From IMG/VR virus record IMGVR_UViG_3300045988_148900, positions 1-64,000 of that record: 64,000 bases of DNA; one strand, written 5' to 3'. Positions 18,429-27,190 of this stretch are shown in pieces. The notes beneath the pieces are model-generated. The model did not search any database. It worked only from the letters and a program-made list of their open reading frames with translations, and was not told where the DNA came from. Numbering within the stretch: position 1 is the stretch's first letter; each line of letters opens with the position of its first letter. The position numbers and the translations under genes are program-made. The stretch comes from a virus.

Positions 18429-19805
18429 CTACAAGCTACCTACTAAATCGCCCATGAGGTCGGAACCACCCCCACCAAAAACTCCTCCACCATCACTAAT
18501 GGCGGCAAACTCATCCTCGTAAGAGATGTTCTCAACATTGGAACCTACAAGAAGAACGCCCGGCAAAAACTGAGTCGTAACAGGCTCCGGCAAAACTCGA
18601 CCTAACCGATGCTTCAACATGCAAACTCGAGTCTCCTGAGCATCGGCAAGGTCGGGAGGAGTGTAAAGAAAGATACAATAAGTAGACGACCGCTCAATCT
18701 CATTAAGGTCCGAAATAGACATCAAATCATACTGCCCATTCCGACGACCAGCTCGCGTGAAACCCTGACGGTTACACTGAACAGCAAAGATAGTGACAGG
18801 ATGCACATTGGCCTGATTCGTGTAAGACAAACCCGCAGCACGCAAATTGACGATAATCGTATTGCCAAGACTCTGACCACGCTCCACAAACAAAGCATTC
18901 AATTGAGTGATATGATCATAACAAATAATATCCAAACCACCCAAATACTTACTCGTAGCCTCATAAACAGCTACAATCTTCGACGGGTCCATGAACACAC
19001 CCTTCGTGAAAGTAGACAAGTCTAAAATCGTGATATTATCACCAACCAACTTATGAAACTCGTCATTGGACGCCAAGACAGCAGCCTGCTTATCACCCGA
19101 CAGCTTATGAAAGATCAAATCCTGAGAATTAATGCTCAATCCCTTCTCCTCGTACAAAAAACGAGTCTGGAACATCAACCACACAATATTAGGATCAAGC
19201 TCCAGAGAAACATATAGACACTTCCGACCAGAACGAGCTGCCTTATAAAGACTCGAAAGACATAACGTGGACTTGCCCTGACCCGTATAAGCACATATAC
19301 TGGCTATGGTACTACTCTGAAAACCGTTAGTCAAATCGTCAATCTCCGGAACACCCAACTTAATACCCTCCGTGTAAGGACGCTTGACCTCCTCGGCGAA
19401 ATCCCACTTCGTGAACTCAATATCCGACAAGTCGGACACCTCATCCTCCGTAGCAGCAATGGCCTTCTTCAACTCCTCGCGGTAATCCTTAAACCTAAGA
19501 GACTCCGTGCCCGCAGCAGTCACCGTACCCATAAGAGCCATACGGCGATACATGTCGGAAATATCCAAAAAGGCAACACCAAGCTCCCCAAGATTATACT
19601 GATGATCCGGAGCAGAATAATAACGACTATAATAATCCCACGGAGGATAAATACCTACCGCAGAACAGTCTAAGGTGTACTGTAAAATCGTCCTATCCTG
19701 AGACGATAAATTAGGAAGCTCTAAAAAACGAGTAAACCAATCATCAAAATCCGGATGCGACTTATGACCCGCACACTTATAAAAGAAAACCTCGAAACCT
19801 ATCAT
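18429..19805 (-). CDS. DnaB/gp41-like replicative helicase
   Basis: Walker A AYTGQGKST and a RecA-like C-terminal domain pattern. Confidence 0.7.
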   Translation of the reverse strand: MIGFEVFFYKCAGHKSHPDFDDWFTRFLELPNLSSQDRTILQYTLDCSAVGIYPPWDYYSRYYSAPDHQYNLGELGVAFLDISDMYRRMALMGTVTAAGTESLRFKDYREELKKAIAATEDEVSDLSDIEFTKWDFAEEVKRPYTEGIKLGVPEIDDLTNGFQSSTIASICAYTGQGKSTLCLSSLYKAARSGRKCLYVSLELDPNIVWLMFQTRFLYEEKGLSINSQDLIFHKLSGDKQAAVLASNDEFHKLVGDNITILDLSTFTKGVFMDPSKIVAVYEATSKYLGGLDIICYDHITQLNALFVERGQSLGNTIIVNLRAAGLSYTNQANVHPVTIFAVQCNRQGFTRAGRRNGQYDLMSISDLNEIERSSTYCIFLYTPPDLADAQETRVCMLKHRLGRVLPEPVTTQFLPGVLLVGSNVENISYEDEFAAISDGGGVFGGGGSDLMGDLVGSL

Positions 19806-19819
19806 CTAAACATCCTCAT

Positions 19820-20578
19820 CTAAAGAGTATCCGAATCCGTAAAATCAGGCAACTCCTTATCACTCATAGAAACACGAACAACCGGAGAAGCACTATCAGC
19901 TGGTATAGACGTCCCCGAACGAACAACTGGCGATACAGGAACATACGAAGAAGATGGCGAGGCAACAACCCTATGCGTAGGTGACTCAACGGGGCCTGAA
20001 ACAACCCCTCCAGCCGACGATTTTAACTCAAACCAATCCTTGCCAATCATAGGCTTCAACCACGACGTAAGCAAAAAAACAACCCCACCAACAGAACGAA
20101 CTAAGTTAATGAACGAGTCAACCATACCCATAGCCTTCTCCGTCCGACCATTCCCGTTATATATTTCGAGGAAATAAACACTCTGCTCAAAATCAAACTC
20201 ACCTCGGTTGTAAGAATAACAGCTACTAATAACACTCTCCAAAGTAAAGTACTTAACAGGAGAACCCCCGAAATCCTGAATAGCACGGCGAACCGCAAAA
20301 GACTTCAAACGATCAGCAAGCCATACATACTGACTATTCTTATACAGCATGTCTGACGAAACAATCTGGGAAATAACACACTGACCCCAAACAACACTCT
20401 GAGACGGAACAAAAGGAGATCCTGACGAGCGTCGAACCGTCACAAAGTGAAAAGGCTGTAAAGGCTTAGCACAGGCAATTAAATGATACTTCCGATACAA
20501 AGGACAAGACCGAAACACAACAACAAAACAGTCTGCGCAACCCGCAGACGCTCGATACTTACACCCAAAATCTGACAT
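19820..20578 (-). CDS. hypothetical protein next to the helicase (possible loader; unproven)
   Basis: ORF track. The ATG at 20576-20578 is preferred to the longer start. Confidence 0.5.
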   Translation of the reverse strand: MSDFGCKYRASAGCADCFVVVFRSCPLYRKYHLIACAKPLQPFHFVTVRRSSGSPFVPSQSVVWGQCVISQIVSSDMLYKNSQYVWLADRLKSFAVRRAIQDFGGSPVKYFTLESVISSCYSYNRGEFDFEQSVYFLEIYNGNGRTEKAMGMVDSFINLVRSVGGVVFLLTSWLKPMIGKDWFELKSSAGGVVSGPVESPTHRVVASPSSSYVPVSPVVRSGTSIPADSASPVVRVSMSDKELPDFTDSDTL

Positions 20579-20641
20579 GACTAATCCTTCGAAAAAAGCT
20601 TGCCGTAAAGGCAAAACATATCCATCACTTTAGACTTAATG

Positions 20642-20715
20642 CGGTGTGTAGGGGACTCGAACCCCTGACCCCGTGCGTGACAGGCACGTATTCTAACCTG
20701 CTGAACTAACACACC
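20642..20715 (-). tRNA. tRNA-Asp (GTC)
   Basis: A cloverleaf folds by hand: acceptor GGTGTGT/ACACACC, anticodon loop CTGTCAC, T arm AGGGG-TTCGAGT-CCCCT. Confidence 0.85.
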
Positions 20716-20740
20716 TGATAAACCCATAAACGTAGCAAGG

Positions 20741-20953
20741 CTACTTAGAACGCTTACGCTCCTTGCGACTCAAACGCCGACTACCAAACTCCTTCTTCTT
20801 AGGACGAACATGACCTACTGGACTCGTTTCGTTACCTCGACCCGTACATGTAGAACCATTGGAAATCCTCCGTGACGGAACACCATACAAATCAGAGTCC
20901 GACGCACACAGCGAACTCAAGGAAAGATATAAAGGAAGCAAACTCCTACCCAT
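20741..20953 (-). CDS. possible small basic protein
   Basis: ORF track only. The sequence is low-complexity and S/R/K-rich. Confidence 0.3.
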   Translation of the reverse strand: MGRSLLPLYLSLSSLCASDSDLYGVPSRRISNGSTCTGRGNETSPVGHVRPKKKEFGSRRLSRKERKRSK

Positions 20954-20964
20954 GACCACCTCGA

Positions 20965-21381
20965 TTAAAAACTACCCTCAAAACCATGACCTAACTCCAG
21001 AGACTCATCCACTACAAACTCAAAGTCTCCCGGAATGCCAAACTCCTCAACAATGAGAACCCGGAGAATATCAGCATAAGGCTCATACCAACTACCAACG
21101 TTCACTATGAACCTACCATCAGCAAAAGTTACTCGACCACGAGGAACATCCTTGAAATCCTGAGTATAAACAGAATTATTCCGATTCCGAGGGCTAAAGC
21201 GAGCCTTCTCCCACCAAAACTCATGCGTCTTAGTATAAAGCAACAGACCATTGATAACTCTATCTGGATCGAAGTCCTTCGTGTGAACCTCGAGCAAACT
21301 CTCAGAATCCTCATCAAACCAAAAGATACCAATCTTCGGTACCACAGATGTATCAGCGTCAAAAACTTGCATATCCTCCAT
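20965..21381 (-). CDS. hypothetical protein (138 aa)
   Basis: ORF track. It is the first gene after the promoter at 21395-21426. Confidence 0.6.
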   Translation of the reverse strand: MEDMQVFDADTSVVPKIGIFWFDEDSESLLEVHTKDFDPDRVINGLLLYTKTHEFWWEKARFSPRNRNNSVYTQDFKDVPRGRVTFADGRFIVNVGSWYEPYADILRVLIVEEFGIPGDFEFVVDESLELGHGFEGSF

Positions 21382-21394
21382 ATAACCAATGACG

Positions 21395-21426
21395 CAAAAA
21401 TAATATAATTAATTGTATAATCCAAA
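21395..21426 (-). promoter_or_regulatory. Bacteroidota-type promoter (TTTG-N20-TATTTTTG)
   Basis: Minus strand reads TTTGGATTATACAATTAATTATATTATTTTTG. Confidence 0.55.
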
Positions 21427-21429
21427 CGG

Positions 21430-21461
21430 AAAAAAAGAGACCATGATGCCTACATGGTCTC
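21430..21461 (-). terminator. intrinsic terminator closing the tRNA island
   Basis: Perfect 9-bp stem GAGACCATG/CATGGTCTC with a 7-nt loop, followed by T7 on the minus strand. Confidence 0.75.
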
Positions 21462-21485
21462 CTGTCAGCTCCTGTCAGCTCCTGA
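21461..21485. repeat. short tandem repeat (cctgtcagct x2.5)
   Basis: Read directly from the sequence. Confidence 0.6.
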
Positions 21486-21712
21486 TCTCTGAAGCCCGAT
21501 GATATCCATATATCGACTGGAACATCTTTAGCCGTTGATATTAACCTAAATCAATCAAAAATAGGAGCATACAACATGAGCATGCCAGTCGTCCTGCGTT
21601 TTTATAACCTCCATGCAGGGAATGGGCGGAGGGGCATAGCATTAAGACTCCAGCAGACTATAAGCAGTAAACGCAGAAAAATAAAACCCACTGAAACCTT
21701 AGAACAAAAAAG

Positions 21713-21797
21713 CGGAGAGTGAGAGATTCGAACTCCCGGTACCTTTCGGTACGCCTGATTAGTAGGCAGGTGCTTTAGACCACTCAGCCAACTCTCC
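21713..21797 (-). tRNA. type II tRNA-Ser with unusual anticodon ACT (A34)
   Basis: Paralogous to the tRNA-Ser at 22493-22577 (same acceptor GGAGAGT and a long variable arm). Anticodon loop is CTACTAA, with a C31:T39 mismatch. Confidence 0.65.
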
Positions 21798-22245
21798 AAA
21801 CCTTAAAAAAGAGGGGATGGGATACCCACTTATACTCTACCCCTCATAGAGTCTGTCGCCTCCGCTCCGGCACTCGCCTATGGAAAAAGTCCGTGTTGCT
21901 GCCTCGGAAACAATTTGTTTGGCCTCACGACCCAGTTGGCTGGTGTCTGGACTTATCCGTTAAGGAGCCAAACTCAGATCCCCCACAGCCGGGGATATGG
22001 TAAGTTGTAGGAGAGTTGGACGCTACTCATCTCCGTAGCATAATCCCATTACGAAAGCCGCTACAGCATTCTCACAATTAAACTACTACAACATGGGCAC
22101 CGGAGAGCCCGAAGACTCTAACGAGAACACCAACAAGCAATTCGTGCGCACTCTTTGACTCAAATGTCCCCTCTACCGGCATGTATCTCAAAGAACAAAG
22201 ATATAACTACCACTCTATGAAACCATATATCAATGACTTTATAAG
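21798..22245 (-). ncRNA. ORF-free block, candidate structured RNA (family unknown)
   Basis: No ORF of 60 aa or more on either strand. Local hairpins are present. Strand assumed from context. Confidence 0.3.
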
Positions 22246-22455
22246 TCAAAACACATCTTCTTTCTGCAACTCGCGCCAAAATTCTAAATCACAAGGAACG
22301 TGAGTATATCTCGGAAGACACTGAGTTCTAAAATCAGTATGATTATATACTTTGACCTCTAAAGGATTCGACGCTTTTTCATTAAGCACCTCATACTGTT
22401 TACACTCAAAAATAAACTTCTTTCCCGGCTTTATATTTGCAAGCTCAATATACAT
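22246..22455 (-). CDS. hypothetical protein (69 aa) embedded in the tRNA island
   Basis: ORF track. ATG start and ordinary amino-acid composition. Confidence 0.5.
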   Translation of the reverse strand: MYIELANIKPGKKFIFECKQYEVLNEKASNPLEVKVYNHTDFRTQCLPRYTHVPCDLEFWRELQKEDVF

Positions 22456-22492
22456 ATTAAAACATTTAATAAAAAGTTTAAGTACTTATCGG

Positions 22493-22577
22493 CGGAGAGT
22501 GAGGGATTCGAACCCCCGGTACGTTGCCGTACAACAGTTTTCAAGACTGTCACCATAAACCACTCGGACAACTCTCC
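22493..22577 (-). tRNA. tRNA-Ser (TGA), type II
   Basis: Anticodon arm ACAGT-CTTGAAA-ACTGT, long variable arm, T arm CGGGGGTTCGAATCCCTC. Confidence 0.85.
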
Positions 22578-22633
22578 ATACATGTTATTACTTCTTGACA
22601 TACTCCCATGCGTAAACACACGGAATTCATGAC

Positions 22634-22840
22634 TCAAACATGACTGCCGCAAACCGCGGACTTACTATCACTCATCATAGCGTCCATGCCCGAACGCACA
22701 AGATTCAGCGCCGCATTCAAATCCCTATCATGGACCATACCACATGCGGGGCACGCCCAAGACCTATCCGTCAAATGCAACACCTTATTAACGTATCCAC
22801 AACCGCGAAGAGCAAAAGAATAAATAAAGTCCGTAGTCAT
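22634..22840 (-). pseudogene. tnpB: C-terminal remnant of a TnpB (zinc finger plus last RuvC motif only)
   Basis: WACPACGMVHDRDLNAALNL aligns with WACPQCGTIHDRDLTAATNI of the intact TnpB at 61780-62958. The N-terminal roughly 320 aa are absent. Confidence 0.6.
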
Positions 22841-22860
22841 CCCATGGCTAAAGCCATGGG
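22841..22860. repeat. perfect 8-bp palindromic hairpin CCCATGGC-TAAA-GCCATGGG
   Basis: Read directly. It abuts the first codon of the tnpB remnant. Confidence 0.7.
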
Positions 22861-22879
22861 ATTTCTACGAATAGTTTCG

Positions 22880-23320
22880 TAAACTCCAACAGGTGTGAGC
22901 GCACATTGAGGAATTTTCCGCCTGTCTTCAACATATTACTTCAATAACACCATATTTATCAGAACCTTGAGCTGAGGGATGGACTTGAACCATCCTAACC
23001 AACGCTACTCGTACTATTCCCTAAGGTCAACATTTCACGCCGCGCTTTGCCTGATAAGCTACTCAGCTTGTGCCTACACCTAAGTGTACGAGGGCAACGT
23101 CTCGGCAAGTATTTTGAGTGTGACTGCTCCACTACGGGTGAACGGTTCCTGGTTTACGAGTGGCTAAGGCTTGCGCACCGTTCAAGTGTCTCGTTTTAAT
23201 CGAACTGCTTTGTTTTACTGCTTAACATACGCCCCTGCGGGGTTCTAATACACAGTGGGAGAGAATTACGTACTTCTAAAGCCAGACCCTCATCGCACCT
23301 GCTCGATTAATAGCGGGAGA
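22880..23320 (-). ncRNA. ORF-free block, candidate structured RNA, containing a 99-nt tRNA-like module (22970-23068)
   Basis: No ORF of 60 aa or more on either strand. Composition is balanced (23041-23100: A13 C17 G15 T15). The T arm GGATGG-TTCAAGT-CCATCC is followed by CTCAGCT, which pairs with AGCTGAG. Confidence 0.3.
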
Positions 23321-23393
<73 letters not shown>

Positions 23394-23421
23394 AACACTA
23401 AATTTTAGTGTTGGCGAGGGC

Positions 23422-23527
23422 AGGGGGATTCGAACCGCATCCGTCACCCAAGCTCAAGGCTACCCTTTACAGGACCTTATAGACTTACTGGGGCACTACC
23501 AACTGTGCTACACCCTCATATTATTAT
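23422..23527 (-). tRNA. aberrant 106-nt tRNA-like element with encoded CCA and an extended, rod-like anticodon arm
   Basis: Acceptor GAGGGTG/TGCCCTC, a normal D arm GCAC-AGTTGGTA-GTGC, the T-loop sequence GGTTCGAATCC with a weak stem, and about 46 nt where a 17-nt anticodon arm is expected. Confidence 0.4.
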
Positions 23528-24115
23528 AAAGAACCTTGATATATTACAACGTTTCTCAGAAAGAACCCAAACCTCCAGCCAATGCCTTGAAATAGTCTTT
23601 CTATATAAAAAAGCCTCCGCTCCTATTTGCCTGTTCCCCGTTTTCCGTGACTTAGGAAACACCATGACGACTAAGACGACAAGATGTATTTTACGCGATC
23701 CTGTGAACGCCACCGAGGCGAGCTGCCGAGGCTCTGCCAAATATACGTAAAAAAAGTAGAAACTCTTATAGTCAGAGCAGTAGGTGAACAGATAAACCCA
23801 CCAATAAAGTAATTACTCCATAAAGCGGTCGTAAACCCTGAGCGAAGCGGATGCTAAACCCAGCAAGGACTAACCATATGTCTGTTACTACAACCGCACC
23901 AAAAGAACCTCTACTAAGCTAATTGCCGTGCTACTCCCGGACGCTCACTCCGGATATTCAGTCATAATAACGGTTCTATGGGCAGGATAAGAACCTCTGA
24001 CAACGCACCCAGTACCTACTCACTCTAAATTCAGTACTGCAACACATAAAACCAACCTCCTGCCATCTCAAAGGGTTGGACGCCCACTCGCATAGCAAGC
24101 CTGACGTGGAACGCG
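23528..24115 (-). ncRNA. ORF-poor block, candidate large structured RNA (family unknown)
   Basis: 588 nt between two tRNA genes. Only two mutually overlapping marginal ORFs occur. G+C is higher and less skewed than in coding DNA. Confidence 0.3.
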
Positions 24116-24199
24116 TACCGCCTCTGGGACTCGAACCCAGACGCCATCTCTGACACTACATTTTGAGTGTAGCCCGTCTACCAATTCCGACAAGGCGGC
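24116..24199 (-). tRNA. tRNA-Leu (CAA), type II
   Basis: Anticodon arm CTACA-CTCAAAA-TGTAG, T arm CTGGG-TTCGAGT-CCCAG, acceptor GCCGCCT/AGGCGGT. Confidence 0.85.
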
Positions 24200-24239
24200 A
24201 AATATAAAACAACATCTAAAGAACCAAATATCTAAAACA

Positions 24240-24476
24240 CTACTCACTATCCGGAGGCAGGAACTGAGCATAGAAAGATATCTTATCTGATAAAACCTTC
24301 CGAGACGCAACCGGAAACTTACCCGCTTTATTATCGCTAATGTATTCCAGAAGCGTATGCATCGCTTCATAATCTCGAAAAATCTCCATAGCATTGCAAG
24401 CCCCATGAAAATGGCTAATACTCGCCGTCTCTAAATAAGAAGTAAGCAAACTTACACAATCTCCGAAATTTCCCAT
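24240..24476 (-). CDS. hypothetical protein (about 78 aa)
   Basis: The ATG at 24474-24476 was chosen because the track's GTG start (24500) lies within 5 nt of the -7 box. Confidence 0.5.
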   Translation of the reverse strand: MGNFGDCVSLLTSYLETASISHFHGACNAMEIFRDYEAMHTLLEYISDNKAGKFPVASRKVLSDKISFYAQFLPPDSE

Positions 24477-24504
24477 CACAAACAGTAATCGTTTAACCAC
24501 AAGG

Positions 24505-24536
24505 CAAAGATAATAACATTAATTTTATTATCCAAA
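24505..24536 (-). promoter_or_regulatory. Bacteroidota-type promoter (TTTG-N20-TATCTTTG)
   Basis: Minus strand reads TTTGGATAATAAAATTAATGTTATTATCTTTG. Confidence 0.55.
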
Positions 24537-24559
24537 TAATTGTGACAAAAAAGCGATTT

Positions 24560-24919
24560 TTATTTCAGCAATCTAAAAGCCTCCTGTAACCCATCCGCCA
24601 AAGCGTCATCATAACAATCGAAAAAACGAACTCCAGAATAGCTTAAAAGACTACCATGATTGAAAAGCTCCCAATAAAAATAACCAGACGCATACCGACG
24701 ATCCATAGTAACGGCTACAAAAAGACCTGTAGTCACAAACACCATATGACGCAAAGAGTCCTGATAAGGAAGAGGGTAAACCGCAACCAAATCTGAATCC
24801 GGAAGCTTCTCGGAACCATAAGCAGAGTCACTCGGAATATCAGACGAAGAAACCTTCGACACCTCCAGAATGCCTAAAGCAACTGCTTCCTTAGCAACAT
24901 CAAGTGAAATACGATTCAT
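24560..24919 (-). CDS. hypothetical protein (119 aa)
   Basis: ORF track. It lies downstream of tRNA-Leu(TAA) in the same apparent transcription unit. Confidence 0.6.
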   Translation of the reverse strand: MNRISLDVAKEAVALGILEVSKVSSSDIPSDSAYGSEKLPDSDLVAVYPLPYQDSLRHMVFVTTGLFVAVTMDRRYASGYFYWELFNHGSLLSYSGVRFFDCYDDALADGLQEAFRLLK

Positions 24920-24940
24920 AACATGTTAGTTACAACACTG

Positions 24941-25026
24941 TACTCGGAGCGGGAATCGAACCCGCACGACCATTACTGATCACAGGATTTTAAGTCCGGC
25001 GCGGCTACCAATTACGCCATCCGAGC
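24941..25026 (-). tRNA. tRNA-Leu (TAA), type II
   Basis: Anticodon loop CTTAAAA, long variable arm, T arm GCGGG-TTCGATT-CCCGC. One mismatch in the anticodon stem. Confidence 0.8.
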
Positions 25027-25047
25027 ATATATTATTTAATTCCAATG

Positions 25048-25079
25048 CAAAGATAATAAGATTAATTTTATCATCCAAA
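25048..25079 (-). promoter_or_regulatory. Bacteroidota-type promoter (TTTG-N20-TATCTTTG) in front of tRNA-Leu(TAA)
   Basis: Minus strand reads TTTGGATGATAAAATTAATCTTATTATCTTTG. The -7 box lies about 22 nt upstream of the tRNA 5' end. Confidence 0.55.
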
Positions 25080-25111
25080 TAATTATAATAAAAATTAATG
25101 TATATAACAAC

Positions 25112-25176
25112 AAAAAAAAAGCACGCGAAATCTGCTGAAACTCCGGACGCAATGAAAACAACAGACTCCGCGTGCT
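25112..25176 (-). terminator. possible terminator after 25192-25977 (long-loop hairpin plus T8-9)
   Basis: The stem AGCACGCG...CGCGTGCT (8 bp) encloses 41 nt and is followed by a T run on the minus strand. Confidence 0.35.
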
Positions 25177-25191
25177 CATGAAACTTAAAGA

Positions 25192-25977
25192 CTACTCCAG
25201 CTCACTACACGAAGGATAATCAGACGTCTTCGGAGTCTGAAACAAAGTATGATAGATGCGTTCCAAATCAGCAATATGACGCTCAGTCCATTTATAAGCA
25301 TCATATAACCCCAGAACAACGTCAATATTCAAAGGAAACTGATTCAGACTATCCATGTATTTCTGATAACGAGCATCTCGAGCCTCCTTCGCATCTAAAA
25401 GTGCAAGCTTCAACTCCAGCCGAGTGCGCTCCCGATGCTGACAAGCGTCGAAAGACTCGGACGCCAAAGCCTCGGACGATAGATTTGTATTCACATTATC
25501 AGAAGCCTCACCACCACAGTCGCACTCCGAAACAGAAGGCATATCTGACATGGATTCAAAATCAGGTGACTTGACATCAAGATCGTCGTCGGAGGCATAC
25601 CGCCTATAAAAGACTACATTTAAGTAGTACTCGCAAAACAAATCGGCCGAAAACAAGCGATCTCCGCAACCCACCAACTTATACATAACCTCTGTGTCAT
25701 CGCCATAACGCGAATGGCTTTTGGACTCTACGCTCTCTGGAAGTACATCCGCGATTGTATATGACTTCCCGCCATAAATGTCTATCAACATCCGAGCCCC
25801 AAGAAGATGATAAGTAAAGTCATCGTCCGTATCAGTCACAATCCGCGGAATAACCGTAACACGATCTCCAACCTTAAAATGGTGCGGTAAGGCACCACCG
25901 TCAGACGAAAAAGAGGTTGAATACTCCGGCTCCAAAACCTCAAAGGGGGTCCCTTTATACTCTACTAATTTACTCAT
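25192..25977 (-). CDS. hypothetical protein (261 aa)
   Basis: ORF track. Confidence 0.65.
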   Translation of the reverse strand: MSKLVEYKGTPFEVLEPEYSTSFSSDGGALPHHFKVGDRVTVIPRIVTDTDDDFTYHLLGARMLIDIYGGKSYTIADVLPESVESKSHSRYGDDTEVMYKLVGCGDRLFSADLFCEYYLNVVFYRRYASDDDLDVKSPDFESMSDMPSVSECDCGGEASDNVNTNLSSEALASESFDACQHRERTRLELKLALLDAKEARDARYQKYMDSLNQFPLNIDVVLGLYDAYKWTERHIADLERIYHTLFQTPKTSDYPSCSELE

Positions 25978-26031
25978 GATAAAAAAAAACTTAATACTTT
26001 CAAAACCTTAGGAAATTGTATATATACACGT

Positions 26032-26060
26032 AAAAAAAAACGGTGCCTAAAAAGTCACCG
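26032..26060 (-). terminator. putative intrinsic terminator after the holin-like gene
   Basis: A 5-bp stem CGGTG/CACCG followed by T9 on the minus strand. Confidence 0.45.
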
Positions 26061-26106
26061 ATAAGACTCAAGAGCTAAAAAGCAACACAACAGGAACAAA
26101 CTCAAA

Positions 26107-26448
26107 CTACCCCTGAACCTTCTTCTGCTTCAACGTAGGCTTCTTGGCAAACCAAGCATCAACCCATGCCTTAATGGTAGGAATATCGTAAATGCCATTA
26201 CTCGACAAACCCGTGACAACACACAAGGCTACGACTCCAAGCCACTGAGGATCACCCATCTCTACAAGACCAGCGAAATATGCCCCGACAGAAAGACCGG
26301 ACGCCAGAACCCAAGCCACAACCTGAGGCCAGACACCCTTCTCAATCTTGAGAAGACCATTCACAACGCCCGCAAGCAATACCGTGGCAGCAGAAATAAC
26401 AGGAGCAACCCACCAGAAGCTCTCAGAAAAAATACCCGTAATATCCAT
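26107..26448 (-). CDS. holin-like small membrane protein (113 aa, 3 predicted TM helices, basic C-terminus)
   Basis: Hydrophobicity pattern and a KKPTLKQKKVQG tail. The 14-mer motif lies 23 nt upstream. Confidence 0.4.
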   Translation of the reverse strand: MDITGIFSESFWWVAPVISAATVLLAGVVNGLLKIEKGVWPQVVAWVLASGLSVGAYFAGLVEMGDPQWLGVVALCVVTGLSSNGIYDIPTIKAWVDAWFAKKPTLKQKKVQG

Positions 26449-26471
26449 AAACTAAAATGTTTTGGTTTGCA

Positions 26472-26485
26472 GGATATATAATTGC
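26472..26485 (-). promoter_or_regulatory. conserved 14-mer GCAATTATATATCC
   Basis: Exact copy. It overlaps the TAG stop of 26485-26874. Confidence 0.6.
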
Positions 26486-26874
26486 TACTTCACACCCGAA
26501 GTGGACGAAGCATTAAGTAACCGCTTCTTATGCAATATATCACGCAAGCACCGCCCATCAAAGGTTGATGCATAGACCGACTTTGTCTTAGATAATGAAA
26601 TGCCTGCAAACCCGGTGGTCTCCTCAAAAAGAGAATGCAAAGTACAATCACCTAAAACAACATCATCCAGATGAGCATGCATAAACCAAAACGCAGCACG
26701 CGCCTGAAGCAAAGCGTCCGCAACAAGACCCGAGATCAAAAGATAGTTTTGAACCACAAAGCGATCGTGATCCAAATAAGGACCCGTGTAATCTAAAATG
26801 AACTCCAAAAGCTCCTCACGACGATCGTCGGAGAGAAACTGATAACCTCTGTAAGTATATGAACATTTCCCCAT
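26485..26874 (-). CDS. hypothetical protein (129 aa)
   Basis: ORF track. Confidence 0.6.
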   Translation of the reverse strand: MGKCSYTYRGYQFLSDDRREELLEFILDYTGPYLDHDRFVVQNYLLISGLVADALLQARAAFWFMHAHLDDVVLGDCTLHSLFEETTGFAGISLSKTKSVYASTFDGRCLRDILHKKRLLNASSTSGVK

Positions 26875-26877
26875 GAC

Positions 26878-27159
26878 CTACTGCATAGACACTAACTCCA
26901 ACTCACCTGTAGACACAATCTGGAAAGTGTAAAGATCATATTCAGGACTCAAGCTCGACGTACTGACTTTAACCATCTCCAACTTACCACCCTTATATAA
27001 AAGCACCACCCTCAAATCTACACCGTCAGAAATAATTGCTGTCCCATTTAAACCTCCTCCCGAGTAAAGAAGCAAAGCCCCAAGCACAATGTCTTTCAAC
27101 CGACACGTAGAACCCACCGGAAGCTTCCGCATAAAACTACTCTTTATCGAAACATCCAC
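26878..27159 (-). CDS. hypothetical protein (93 aa)
   Basis: ORF track. Confidence 0.55.
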   Translation of the reverse strand: MDVSIKSSFMRKLPVGSTCRLKDIVLGALLLYSGGGLNGTAIISDGVDLRVVLLYKGGKLEMVKVSTSSLSPEYDLYTFQIVSTGELELVSMQ

Positions 27160-27190
27160 GACAACTATAAAATTTGGTGACTACATACAA

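Noticed and set aside
23422-23527. Reading the aberrant tRNA-like element as an amber suppressor, because an internal loop contains T-CTA-T.
   Set aside because: The CTA is not in a 7-nt anticodon loop closed by a 5-bp stem, position 37 would be a pyrimidine, and the T stem is weak. The sequence gives no evidence that TAG is read through.
26011-26030. Plus-strand sequence GGAAATTGTATATATAC, which resembles the 14-mer.
   Set aside because: It is in the wrong orientation relative to all genes and needs a 2-nt insertion to match. It is probably AT-rich intergenic chance similarity.
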